DNA from: Monocercomonoides exilis PA203
Taxonomy: Eukaryota > Protista > Preaxostyla
Direction: 5' to 3'
DNA: 64,000 nt
NCBI GenBank assembly: GCA_001643675.2
Contig: LSRY02000002.1
Span: 1,426,001-1,490,000 of the forward strand
The position numbers were made by a program, and so were the translations under genes. The notes below the pieces were generated by a model. That model did no database searches. It had not been told where the DNA came from and saw only the letters and a list, made by a program, of their open reading frames with translations. Of the stretch, positions 44,381 to 57,093 are shown in pieces. Position 1 is the first letter of the stretch. Each line of letters begins with the position of its first letter.

Positions 44381-45942
44381 ATGTCGATTGGAAATGCAGA
44401 AATAATAGAAACTGCTTCTCGTTTGAAGGGAGCTCCTAAACATGCAACAATCTTAGCTGCTTGGAGCGGATGCACAAAATTTCTGGAGAATGCAATGGAG
44501 CAGGGAAAAGTTTTAAATATTTAATTTTTTCAATATATGTGAAGCTATTCATTATTTATTTAAAACTGTTTCGTCAATTTTATTCTAAAATGTTATGTTT
44601 GTTATTTTTTATCTGAAAGTCAGTTAATTTCCCAGGATTCGGAATTTTTGCTTTTCACTATTCTCGCTCAACTGCCTCATGTGAAGGGGCAATCATTAGG
44701 CAAATTCCTTACTTTATTCTTAATGCACAATTTTCAAAAATTCACAATCTATCAGTTCGAAATGTTTTCCAATTTGAACAGCCCAAAAAATTGGTGGAAT
44801 TGAATTTCACTTCTGCTGGTGTTTTCGAGAACTTAACAAAAGAAGAATGTATTCATGGTTATCATGTCTTTTTGTTGGGTCTAAGCACAGAAATTCACAA
44901 AAAAATGACTATTTGCATTGACTGTCGAATATCAACATTCACCGTATTTTCTGGATCTTCGCAAGCAACAATGAATTTTAACGAGCATGCATTGTTGAAA
45001 ACAACTAAGCCAATCTTTTCTATGACTTCTACTCTTGGAGAAGCATCACATAGGAGTAAATTGCACAGCAGGCCTCAATCATCATTTTCAAAAAAAGAAC
45101 CAAAAAGGATGGATTCATTCGTGAAAGAAAGATCATTGAATTCCATTTCACTCTTTCCATCTATTGACTTTACGGGAATCAAGACGCATTCTTCAAAAAT
45201 GAGTGCAACCAATTTTTCAAAAGACAGATGGCGTAGGGATTTTATCCATGAAACGCCTTCTTCATTTGTTCTAAAGAGAAAAGAAGAAGATGCCTGTTTT
45301 TTTAGCAAGGGATTACACGAAAGTGACCATCTTTCTAGAGAATGGCTGAAAACTCGAACTACTCTTAGCTCGTGTTCGAATCATCTTCCATCTGAATATC
45401 CTTCAAGAGCCCAATCGCGACCGTCGTCTTCATTTGCTGCTTCTCCACCCTCTTATTTCTCTGAATCTTCTTCTTTGCTTCCTACAGCCACATCTGTAAC
45501 TACGCCTAAGTCTCCTTTTTCTCCATCTCAAGCATTTGCCACAACATCGAGAAGCAAGTACTCTTCCAGGCCATTTTCTGCACTGCATTCACAAAGCCGT
45601 CGAGAGCGTTCTTCATCGGTTGTATCCTCCATGTTGAGCACTCCATCGTCTGCTAATTCTTCTTCTGTCTGCCTTACATCGTTGCACACTGACACTTATA
45701 CTCCTCCAGCCTCTTTTTCGTCTGCTGGCATTCTTTCTTCGCTTGAGCTCGATCCGTTTTCTGAAACACTATCACCAACCATTCTAACCACACGATCGAA
45801 GCATTCTTCGACCACGTCGTCGCTTCCTCGGTCAGGCATTTCTCAATCTCGTCGTCGTAAATCTGTTTCTGTTGAATCACCGCTTCATTCTGCAACTCCA
45901 AGTGCTGTCTCTTCGAGCGCTTGCTTAATAGCTAAAGAGTGA
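44381..45942 (+). CDS. CCDC81-like protein: two N-terminal HU/IHF-like domains plus Ser-rich tail; exons 44381-44509 and 44620-45942 (3' end may continue)
   Basis: Spliced product ILAAWSGCTKFLENAMEQGK|SVNFPGFGIFAF..RQIPYFILNAQFSKIHNL..LVELNFT..ATMNF follows the recalled CCDC81 pattern (W..v..f....l...KgV.iP.fG.F.F; rPvF; lNF). Confidence 0.7.
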
Positions 45943-47064
45943 ATGAATTCAAAATGGTTGTTTCGTTTGCTTTATCTCATGATGTGATGCTGGTTTCTGG
46001 CGTATCCATCTATTCTTGAGAAATGTTTTGTCCATTTATCATTCAAAGTTGAAATTACATCCTTTATAGCGAACATTTCCGTAGTTTATCAATTTTTATA
46101 AACATTATGACTTTTTGCAATGTTATTCGTTGATGACAAATCCGGAGGGAACGATTTCATTCTCCTTTTCGCATGCGAATCTGTAAATGATCTCGTTTAC
46201 ATTTTCTTTTTGTTGTTGTTGTTGTTGTTATCTTGGAAGAGCTGAATGAAAGATGTTGTAATCATAACATTGCAAAAAGAGATCTGGAAGCTACCAAGAA
46301 TATATTTTGTTGATGCTGGCTTGCTTCATTCATTCGTTGAATTAGTGCACTTTAATCATTAAATTATCTGATTCCACTTATTTCGCTGTTTTTCGGATTG
46401 GAGATTGATTCAATGATGAACTTTTGGAATATTTTAATTTATCAATCGTTTTTCATTTCGGATATTACATTTTTATTTTGAAAGCAAATGATCTTAAGAA
46501 GATCTTTTATCAGTTGCATTGTTGTTTAATTTTTGAAAAGAATGTATTCATTTCGAAAACATGTGATATAAAGAAGTTAAGATCAATGAAAAGGATAAGT
46601 AGCTTCTGGAGAAAATGTGTTTGTATTGTTGAGCTTTCAAAAAAATTATGACTTTGATGCTGCCAATGAGTTCTTAACTGTTCAAATTAACTCATATTTT
46701 ATCGATTAATTCGCTGTGAAAAGATATTTTGACTTAAAGTTTCTGTGTTTAAGCTATTTCAAAATTTTCCTTTTTGAATGAATGAAATGTTTTTTAAGCA
46801 TCATTGAATGATTCAACCAAAAACTAATTACAAAGATTTAAATGAAAAACAAAAAAGTTTTCAAAAACTTTTGATTATCTTGAAACAATCAAAGAAAAAT
46901 ACTCTTAAACAAAAAAAATGAGCAATTTGATAATAAAAGAAATACTGTAGATTACAACACGTATTTCTTGGTTAGACATTTGGATCCTTACATACGCAAA
47001 ATGGCATGGTTTGAAAAACCACTGGAATATCCTTCAATTGAGAATTATATTCATCGAGATGTGA

Positions 47065-48822
47065 TCACATAAAATCTTCAATGCATTTAAGAAGACTGCC
47101 CGAAGTGTATCGAATGCTCCCGTCAACAGAATGCAAAAGAGAGGTAAGAATTGAATCAAAATCTTCTTCAATAAACAGCTCGGATGCTTTATTTAGTTCA
47201 ATGGCCCATGATGCATTTGAAGAAACATCATCGTTCTTTATCGGAGAATTGTTAGATTTATTCGAAGATTTCTTTGGAATAAATTGTTTCTCGTTTGAAA
47301 GTGCTGAATCTTTTTCGCGTGCTTGTACCTTTTTATTTGCGATAGGAATGCTCTGCCTATGAAGTACTGATATTGGTTCAGAGCTTTTCGAAGCCTCGTT
47401 GCACAGCCTCCTGCGCAAAGTGTCGATTACAAACAGACATCTACGCTTCGTGTCGATGTCACATTCGTTGTTGTCCATTAGCCTCTCCATGATGTAATTT
47501 GCTATGCTCTTTGACTCAGAAGCCGAAGAAGAACAGATCAAGCTGTAGAAGATATCCTTTGAAGAGTTTGGGCGATCTATCTGTGCGGGATCTCCAACAA
47601 GCGACAATTGAGAGCAAGGTGAAATGAGCTTCGCAAATAAATCATAGCTTGCTTTCTCAAAACAAGGTTGAAACAAAATGATTGCATTTCGCTTCCATCT
47701 TGACTCTTTTCGAGGAGAGCACAAATATAAAACAATCATTAGGAGATTGCGATTGCATAGGAACTTTTCTATGACTGTCTCATCGCTCTCTGACAGAAAG
47801 CGAAATAGCAGCAGCAAAGCATCCTCTACAACAAACAAACGCCTTTCCTGTTCTTCTATAGAAGTATTTTCAACTTGCCCAGTGCTTCTCTTTGGTTTTG
47901 CTGCTGCTAGTGCAGTTGAGTTGTTCGTCAAAACGTACTTTGTGAAAAAAATACGTTCCAAAAAGAATAACACATGAGATAACGAAAAAAGATTTGTGAG
48001 ATCTTTCTCTGATTTCTCATTGAATAAGTATTGAATCCATAAGCAGTTGCATATCGCCAAATGACTCAAGTTATTCGATCCTTTCAAAAGCAATTCGTGT
48101 TCCTTGGTCAATAAAATGCTAATTGTGGTGAACAAATTTGTTAATTTCATTTGATTCAAATTTTCTATTTAACAGAAAGAGAAAGTAAAATGAAAAAAGG
48201 AAGGGAAATATATTTTGTTCAAACGATAGTCCTCTTCAATGCACTTCAGCGCGGTTACTATATCTTCTACTATTACTGGATCATGTGGTACGACATTCAA
48301 ATATTCAATAAGTGAAGTTGTCAGTTGCAATGGTGATATGGATGTAATGTTTACAGTTTTCATTAAATAGCAGTATGATAAAGCAGCATCAAAATATAAA
48401 GCACTCACATCACTATTATTTTTATAAAAAAATGAAGGAAATTTTTTTTACAAATTAATTACAACACACGATAAATCAGAATTTGAATTTGTTTTTATGA
48501 AATTTTCAAGAAATATATTCATCTTTGCAATAAATGCTTCGGTAAGGGAATTTTGTCTGTCACCAATAGGACTTAATATTCCTCGTTTAAGGAAAACCTT
48601 CAGCGCTTTAAAAACAGAATATTTACGAAGTATTTGTTGATGCATCGTTCCAGTTGATGTACTTTCGAATTTTCTTATGAGAAGAGAATAAAATTCTGCA
48701 TTTTGCATTTTGCTTAATTCTTTTGATGATTTATCCTTTGATTTAAGCATCTGGTCGTAAATAATGTATATTTCATGCTCATCGTCTTCAATTGAACTAA
48801 CTTTTGAAAAGACTTTTCCCAT
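47065..48822 (-). CDS. Hypothetical alpha-helical (ARM/HEAT-like) protein, multi-exon, with N-myristoylation motif
   Basis: Three consecutive protein-like ORFs (48822-48448, 48408-48169, 48159-47065) separated by short AT-rich gaps; starts MGKVFSK (MGxxxS). Confidence 0.6.
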
Positions 48823-49059
48823 GCTAAAGTCATCAATTATTCATTTAAAAAATTATGACCCCTAACGAGAAATAACGTATAAACCTAAAAGTAATCCTTT
48901 TTAATGCACTATTATCAAAGTTTTTCTAAAATCTATGTCAATTAAATTTAGTATGGTAAGAAAATATGTATATTTCCTTCTGGACTTTTACAAAAAATGT
49001 TTGTTGTGTGTGTCAATATGTGAGTGAATAATTTGTTGATAAAAAATAATTTATTTTTA

Positions 49060-49728
49060 ATGCAAAAAAATTTCTTTTTTCGTTCACTTTTCTTAGTTGC
49101 TTCGTTGATATGTTCATTCGTTTGCTTTTCAGTATTTGCAACAATAAGACTGCAAGCTATGCATCGAGCTGAACTTGACATGACAAACGAATCAAGCGAG
49201 CAACAAAAAATACCAGAAAAAGCAATAATAGAAGATATACCGAAAGCAAAAAAGAAATATGCTGTTGAAATTTTGTCAACAGATAGTTTAAGGCAAGCTG
49301 TTGCTTCAGATGACATGTGGATGGTGATGTTGTTTGCAATGCAAATTCTTCTTTTTATAATTTGTATTTTTAATTGTTTTACTGAAAAAAATATCATCTG
49401 CTTGCACACAGTCATAGTCCATTTTGCGGGCATTGCAAAAAATTTATTCCAATTTTTGAAGAATTTGGACGTTCGTTGTATAATGATCAGTCAATTCGTT
49501 TGGGTACTCTTTCATGTACAGATTATGAAATGGGCTGTCAAAATTTTAAAGTTAGAGGAGTTCCAGCTGTTAAATTGTGTGATGATAATTATTTTTGTTG
49601 ATGATTTGATATTTTTTTTTTTTGATAGATTATATAAAGGAGAGGTAATTCCTTTTCCAGATCATGAAAGAACAGTTGAAGAGCTTTCAAAATTTTTGGA
49701 AAATCAAAGAAAGAAATGGAGCTCTTGA
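49060..49728 (+). CDS. Single-domain PDI-like thioredoxin (CGHC) with N-terminal signal/anchor; exons 49060-49331, 49412-49576, 49629-49728
   Basis: Spliced: DDMWMVMF|HSPFCGHCKKFIPIFEEF...LSCTDYEMGCQNFKVRGVPAVKL|LYKG..ERTVEELSKFL; the active-site exon is in a different frame from the ORF-track entry. Confidence 0.9.
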   Translation: MQKNFFFRSLFLVASLICSFVCFSVFATIRLQAMHRAELDMTNESSEQQKIPEKAIIEDIPKAKKKYAVEILSTDSLRQAVASDDMWMVMLFAMQILLFIICIFNCFTEKNIICLHTVIVHFAGIAKNLFQFLKNLDVRCIMISQFVWVLFHVQIMKWAVKILKLEEFQLLNCVMIIIFVDDLIFFFFDRLYKGEVIPFPDHERTVEELSKFLENQRKKWSS

Positions 49729-49864
49729 TGCAGCTTTGTAAGAGAAAATGTTTTTTTAAATTATCATTTCAATTATTGAAATTTTTTCTGGTTTAAAAAT
49801 TAAGGTTATATAATTAATTTTTCTTTCTTTTCTATCATAATTGTTCGTAAGGTGACATAATTAC

Positions 49865-52800
49865 ATGTCTAAAAATCGTTTGAGCATCTATTAATTTATG
49901 GTTTATAATTTTTAATTGAAATAAAAGCATACAAATGGATTTCACTTGAAGCTCCAGAAGTTTTATTAAAAGTAATATTTTTTGAACTTTAAGAGCAAAA
50001 CTTTAATGTTTATTTTTTTCTTATCTTCTTTTAAGGTAGCTTCAATTTCAAACGACTTTATTCTTGGGTTTTCACAAGTTGGAAAGTTATTTGCCTTTTC
50101 TTCTAAATTAGCAATATCTGTTCTTCAAGATGTTTTAACAAAAGATATGAACGAACAAAATGGACAAAAGAAAGAGCATTCTCAATCAATTTTTCTTTCT
50201 TTCCCTTGGATCCGACTTCAGCCACCAACAGCTTTGAAAAAACAAATTGAAGAATTGGAATCAATTCATCAAATGAATAATTTAAAATTTTACTATGATT
50301 CAATGATTGGCTATGTGTGCGAATTTTATAATTTAAATAATGAAAAGCAATTGTTCGTTTTATTTCGAGATATGCAAATATCTGGAGACGGTGATATTTT
50401 TCTTATTGATTGTCAAGGATTGATATATAAAGCATCACTTTCGTTACTATTTGATTGTCAACATTCTTCTTCGATTAAATCAAATGACAAGCTTCTGTTT
50501 TCTGGTGATGAAGTGTCTATTCAATGGAATATCATCGAAACAACACCATATCGATTCATGAAATTGTCAATATCTTTTCAATCGCAATCAATGTTAGGAA
50601 TTGAAGACCAAAAAAGATTAATAGTTTCAAAAAGAGGAGAAAGCTGGAGACCAATACGGGGCTCTGAATGCATTAGCGACAGAGAAAAAGTGTTCTGCAA
50701 CTGCGGATGCGTATCTGGATGCGATTGTGACTGCTGGAAGCAAAGAAAGATGAAAGAGCAATTAATATTTCAAGCGCCATCAACCTCTTCGTTCAGCCAG
50801 CCATTTTCGTCAGCGTTATATTCTTCTATTGAGCCTTTCCCGGTTGGCGTATCTTCTGCTTTTTCAGGGACGATGCATATTCCCTGGTGTGTTAGGAGCG
50901 ACGGTATTGTTTGCTGCTGGTCGATTAATGACTGGTGTGAAATAGACATCAACACAGAAGAAGAAGAAGAAGAAGAAAGAGAGGGAAATGACGATTATGG
51001 AGATGATGAATTTATTGTTGGAGAAAAAGAAGAGAGGGAAGAAAAAGCGAAAGAAGATGAAAAAGATAACATTAAACAATCGAAAAGTACAAGTTCAAGT
51101 GAGATTGTAAAAAAAGATACAGAAAATCATCATAAGCAGAAAAGCAGTTCAAGAAGACCGCAGTTTCAGTGGAAAGCAATTGATGTGTATGCTGTGGATG
51201 TGTTTCATGTTTGGGTTCTAGCAGAAAAAGTGCCTTTGTTTGAGCCAAGCAACTCTTCGTCATTGGATGCTACGATGTTTAGTACAGAATCTTCATATAG
51301 GCGTATTGTTAGTATTCTGAAATATTCTTCGAATGGCTGGCAAGAAATAAAGATTACGAAGGACGACATAGTCAGCGTTGCTGAATGGGCATTGGAGATT
51401 GGGCTGATTGAAGATGACAGAGAAAAGGGAAAAGACACAAAAGACGAGAATATTTCATTGACAGAGAAAACAGCATCAAGAAATGAGATTGTTGGAAGCA
51501 CGGAGACTTCTGGGAAAGGAAAGGAAACATATCGGTCTGTCCTTAATGAGAGCAGCGATGATGTTGCTTCTTCTGCTGCTGAATACAACAGTATTTGCTC
51601 TATTTCTTGCTTCAGTGTTTCATCAGAATTAGCAGCGGTTGCACTGACTTCAACTGGAAAAGTGCTGATTTGCGACTGTTTTGAAGCGTTTTGCTCTCAA
51701 AAGTGTGACCGCAGACGATCCAAGAAAAATTCGACTTTTGAAGCAAGAGATACAACTTCTAACGTAATTACTGGTTCAAAAAAGGATTTTTCTTCAAAAC
51801 AATCATTAACTCGTCCAGCGGAACTATCTTCATCGTCATCATCATCATCATCATCATCTTCTTCTTCTTCTTCTTCTTCTTCTTCTTCTTCTTCTTCTTC
51901 TTCTTCTTCTTCTTCTTCTTCTTCTTCTTCTTCTTCTTCTTCACTTCATTCACCTCAGCAGTTTAGTGCCAATATGAGCAATTCAACAGATTCTTCTCAA
52001 TATTTCTCTTTCATTTCACACACTCCTTCTTCATCTGCATCGTCCTTTTCTTCTTCTCTTTCTCCTTCTGCTTCTTCATTGAACCTATCAGTTGGCAGCC
52101 CCTCTTCAAAATTTCCCTCTGTTCATCCAATCTTGTTTTTTTCTGGAATAAGCAAAGTATTAAGCGATCTGCCTCATTTTCACATATCTCAAAATGCTTC
52201 AACGTTGTTTCCAACTTATTTCAATTCTCAAGCATCTTCTTTCATTTCTTCTTCATATGCCCCCAAATCCAATTCGCCAAGTTTATCGCCTTCGCCTCTG
52301 CCGTCTTCATCCCCTTTCATTTCGCTGCCGTCGTATCGTGAGTATAATGCGATGATTGAAATGGCATGCAAAGAAGGCCATAAAGACCTGTCAAATGTGC
52401 CAATGGGAAGCTCTGAACAATACTTGGGAGGTTTATTTGTGGTGAAATTGATTCTGTATTTGGAAAAAGACGGGAAAAAGAAGGGAGATGCAAGTTCAGA
52501 ACAGGAAAACAAGAAGGCAAGTCAAAGCGAAGAGGTGCTGACACCGAAAGTTCGAGTTCTAACACTTTCCGTTCTCCCCACGACCACAATTCTTGTACTG
52601 AAATCTTTGATTGAAAGCGAGACTTCAATAAAGAAAGAGTGCATGTGTGTGAAGAAAAATTCTGAGGTTCTAAGCGATGAAAGAATGCTGGGCGAATGCG
52701 GAGTGGTTAATTTGGATGAAATTGAGGTGAGCATAAGTGATGCGAATATCAAAATTGACAATTGGGATCAAATTGTACAAGAAAGAAAAGAACGTGGGGA

Positions 52801-52903
52801 AACTGCGCAAAATATTGATAATGTGGAGCAAGTTACAATAAAAGATATAAGCAAAAGAAATATCTCTGAAAGTTCTGTTTCAATTTCTTGTTGTATTCTT
52901 TAA
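49865..52903 (+). CDS. Putative beta-propeller (TECPR/tachylectin-like repeats) plus poly-Ser, ubiquitin-like domain and C-terminal CaaX
   Basis: Two short 5' exons give MSKNPYKWISLEAPEVLLK|VASISNDFILGFSQVGKLF. W-containing blade-like repeats (PWCVRSDGIV, VWVLAE, VALTSTGKV). Ubl: LSVLPTTTILVLKSLIESETSI..VLSDERMLGECGVVNLDEIEV. Ends SCCIL*. Confidence 0.6.
51828..51943 (+). repeat. (TCT/TCA)n coding trinucleotide repeat (poly-Ser)
   Basis: Directly visible. Confidence 0.95.
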
Positions 52904-53193
52904 CAGCAAATTTGCAATTAGAAAAAGACTCATTAATTTTTACCCAATCTTTTGGATATTGTTGTTTTTTAAATAAAAAAATCAGCAGTTTTCAAGAATG
53001 CTACGTAAATTCTTTTGAATTTTTACCAGAATTTCATCATTTGAAAGGAAAAAGAGGATCTCAATTGAAGAATATTTTTTTATTAATTTCATTAAACATG
53101 TTTCACCAATCTCAAACCAAATTCTTTTGATCAAACATTTTTGTTAACCATATTTCAAAAAAGTCATTTTAAGTTTTTGAAAAAAATCTTCAA

Positions 53194-54337
53194 ATGTCTT
53201 CATTGGCAATAATATCATTTCTATCCAAATATTATCCTATAATATCTACCTTGTTGATTGCATATTGCTTCTTTATTTTCTTTGTTTGTTATTCATGGAG
53301 CTGCAGACAAGTTAGAATTGTTACGATGCATCCTGAGTCAACTACAATTGAAAAAGCTATAAAATCTGTAAGATATACATCATATGTATTTTTTACACTT
53401 TTTAATGCAGGATTGTTCTTCCTTACAAAATTTTTCAATGACGATCTGATTTTGCACACAAATAAATATTGGATTGGCTTTGTTTTAACATCTGTTGCAA
53501 TATTACTCTCAATATTTCTATGGACATGGTCAATCAAATCAACAGGAAAAGCTTCATTTTCTTCCCTTCCTTCTTCAACTTTATTTGGAGGGATTTATGA
53601 AAGAATGAGACACCCACAGTTCATTGCAACAGTTTTTCAGTGGATTGGAATCGCCTTGTTTTTAAATTCAAAGAGCGTATTAGTTATTGTTGGCGTTGCA
53701 ACAATATTTTTATATTTCCTTGTGAAAAACGTTTGAAATTTATTCTTTTTTTAGTTATACATATTTTTTTTTATAGGAAGAAGAAGGACTTATTGAACGA
53801 TTTGGAAAACTTTACTTGTTTTATAAAGCACTTGTTCCAATGTATTGGATTCGTGTTAAGCCAAGTTGGGATTTAAATAATGAAATGAGGAACTTAGTAG
53901 ATAATTACAATGAATTTGTGGATGATGAAGCTATGAATCGTCAAACACCACAACCCGGTCCGTCAGATATATCTTCTGCTTCCCTTACACCTTTAGAAGG
54001 TCGAAGCAACATTAACGTTTCTCGTAGTCGCAGCACTAGCGGAAGGCGAAGTGTACCAGTCCAAAGAGAGGGAGAAGATCCAGAAGTTGATGCTTTGGAG
54101 AGATCAAATGAATTACAGCAAGAACAGGCAATGCAAGTTGAAGATGAATTACCAATGCCTTTGACTTCTGATTCACGTACAACTCGTTCCACTAGCCGCA
54201 GAAGAAGTGTATCGCACATTGAAAGAGAAGAAACAACTCCATCGAAAGCAAATGGATCCAATGAGAACAGCGAGCATGATGTTGAAGAGGATAATGGAAG
54301 AAAAGCAAATGTTCGAAGAAGACCTACACGAAGGTGA
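53194..54337 (+). CDS. ICMT/PEMT-superfamily integral-membrane methyltransferase with disordered C-tail; exons 53194-53730 and 53777-54337
   Basis: Several TMs; GGIYERMRHPQF and, after intron 53731-53776, EEEGLIERFGKLYLFYKALVPMYW (G.Y...RHP / EE..L...FG..Y..Y...VP signature). Confidence 0.85.
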
Positions 54338-54556
54338 AACGGAACAAAGAAAAACACCAAAAAAAATTTTTTTTAATTTTATACTTCATTAGAAATTTTT
54401 TGTCAATTTTTGAAAAATAAGCATTTCTCATTTCTTTCACAAACACAGGTTCATTCAGTTCTTTTTTTAATTATTTTTTTTTGAACAAAAAATGAATTGA
54501 TTTAATTAAGCAATTTTGTAAAAGGTCAGATTTAATGTGTATTCAGTTTTTTGTTG

Positions 54557-55432
54557 TATGTGTTCTTTACAAAAAAATCTTTAATGTCACATTTTCAGGG
54601 AAATTTCAGCACCATTAATTATTCAAATTTGGTTAACTTTATTATCCAAATTGTTTAACAAATTATTCAAACTTAATCAAATTGAATATTTTTTTCAAAA
54701 AATTTTTTGTGAAAAATTGGTTTTTGACCGAGTATCGGAATGTGATTTTAATATTGTATTCAGTCAATATTCGAAACAAAGATGAGGAATCGAATCTCTA
54801 ATATCATTATTTGTTAATCAACATGAAAATTATTTAATTCATCAGAAAAAAACTATCTTCATGGAAATCTGATTATTTCCAAATAAATTAACCTCATTCT
54901 GTTGGATTTCACATTTCACAATCAAAAAAAATTGGTTGTATTATCATTTATTTAGAAAAACAATAAAACACAATTATAGAATTTTGAAAGTGCACTTATG
55001 TATTTATTTTGTTGTGAATTTTTTTGTTCTTTCAGTTTGAAAAAATGATGCAAACAATTTTTTTTGATTGTGAAATGTGAAATCCAACAGAATGAGGTTA
55101 ATTTATTTGGAAATAATCAGATTTCCATGAAGATAGTTTTTTTCTGATGAATTAAATAATTTTCATGTTGATTAACAAATAATGATATTAGAGATTCGAT
55201 TCCTCATCTTTGTTTCGAATATTGACTGAATACAATATTAAAATCACATTCCGATACTCGGTCAAAAACCAATTTTTCACAAAAAATTTTTTGAAAAAAA
55301 TATTCAATTTGATTAAGTTTGAATAATTTGTTAAACAATTTGGATAATAAAGTTAACCAAATTTGAATAATTAATGGTGCTGAAATTTCCCTGAAAATGT
55401 GACATTAAAGATTTTTTTGTAAAGAACACATA
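54557..55432. repeat. Long inverted repeat (foldback): 378-bp arms 54557-54934 and 55055-55432, 120-bp spacer
   Basis: Arms read as exact reverse complements; paired coordinates sum to 109989 at both ends. Confidence 0.95.
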
Positions 55433-55499
55433 TAACAAAAAAAACTGAAAACATGTTTAAACAGACCAAATCAAGTCTTATAAAAGAAATTAATAGTCA

Positions 55500-56063
55500 G
55501 TGTTCATAATGGTGGACACTTTCAATAACTGTGGACAGTGGAATTATCTCAACAACTGTTGATTGTTGCATTTTGACAATAAACCCAATTATTCCTTCAA
55601 TGAATATGAACTTATAAGATATACAAAAATGAAACAACTGGGTAATTATTTTTGTAAAGTCACAAACATTTAATTTTCAAATAAACCAAAAATTTCATAT
55701 CTTGATCTCATTTCGGTTCACGCTCATGCAACTTCACCAAAGCTGAGGAAATAATTTGATAATGCTATTTTACACATTTCTGTGAAGTTGCATGAGCGTG
55801 AACCGAAAAAATCTGCAGAATTAAGAAAAAAACATTTTTGAATTTTCGGAGAAACCCTAAGAAATAAAATTCTCAAAGTTACTCCGAAAACAAAAAATGT
55901 TTTTTTCTTTTTTCTAAGAAGCAAGTTGTTTCATTTATGTGTGCAACAAAAGCTTGCATTCATTGAGGGAATTGTTGGGTTAATTGATGAAATGCAAATA
56001 TCAACGTTCTTTGAGATAATTCCACTGTCCACAGTTATTAAAAGTGTCCCCCATTATGAACAC
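55500..56063. mobile_element. MITE-like non-autonomous DNA element with ~110-bp imperfect TIRs and an internal 27-bp perfect inverted repeat
   Basis: GTGTTCATAATGGTGGACACTTTCAATAACTGTGGACAGTGGAATTATCTCAA at 55500 is mirrored at the end (56063); TTTCGGTTCACGCTCATGCAACTTCAC (55711-55737) pairs with 55782-55808; no clear TSD. Confidence 0.7.
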
Positions 56064-56760
56064 AAACGATATGCAAATTTTCAATTTTCATTTATAAAAA
56101 CAGTTATAATCAATTTGTTTCTATCTGCTTGAAAATTTTCTCAATCTCATCATTTATATGTGTCATTATTTTTGAAAAGTTGAAAATGTTAATATTTGGC
56201 CTAAAGTGAACATTATAATTTTTTGATAAGCTATAATAACAGATTCTTCAAAGCTTTGGATCTTTCAAACAAATACAATGCCACAATTTATTAAACAAAT
56301 TTATCACTTTCATGAAATTTGATGGGACAATTGCTTGAAAAAAATATTTCAAATAAATGATAAAAAAAAATATAATAATTATAATATTCCATTTTAAACA
56401 TTAGGAAAAAACTTCACTTTTTCATAAAATTGTTAAATAGATATTTATTTTCTTTTATTATTTTTCGAAATTCAAATAAAAATGATGACAAATTATCTCA
56501 TTTTAACTTATTTTGGGATTCATCGTTCAAATGAACTTCAGAAGTGAAAATTGAAAGGATTTATCTGTATTTCAATCATGCAAAGAATAAAGTTTCAAAT
56601 AACTTGATTGAAATGTTAACGAAAAAACTTGAGAAATTTGAAAGAAAAATTACTTACAAAGTGTTATAAATTGTTTAAAAATTGACATTTTATTGAAAAT
56701 TCAAAAATGTAATGTATCAAATCATTTTCAGATGCCAGAAAATAAAAATTAATAAAAATA

Positions 56761-56933
56761 AAATGGAAAGAAATTGAAATGACAAGAGATTGTAATGGTA
56801 AGAGATTGAAATGACAAGAGTTGACATGGTAAGAGATTGAAATGATTAGAGATTGTAATGGAAAGAAATTGAAATGACAAGAGATTGTAATGGTAAGAGA
56901 TTGAAATGAATGGAGAATGAAATGATTAGAGAT
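56761..56933. repeat. 16-bp minisatellite (consensus AAGAGATTGWAATGRY), ~10.5 copies with alternating variants
   Basis: Units aagaaattgaaatgac / aagagattgtaatggt / aagagattgaaatgac ... directly visible. Confidence 0.9.
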
Positions 56934-57093
56934 ATTTATCGAACGATGTAGAAATCCTCCAAATGATGAATGACAAACGAATTGAATCTTGCTTCATTGA
57001 GATATAGTCTTTGGTTTTCATTCATATATCTGTTGAAAAGATGAAAAATCAAAAATCCTTTCAATGAATTAAAACAAGTCCTTGGATGATTAT

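Noticed and set aside
49024-49728. 234-aa continuous ORF as the real protein
   Set aside because: It reads through two introns; the CGHC exon lies in another frame
56761-56933. Minisatellite as a CRISPR-like array
   Set aside because: No unique spacers, degenerate 16-bp units, no cas genes, eukaryotic context
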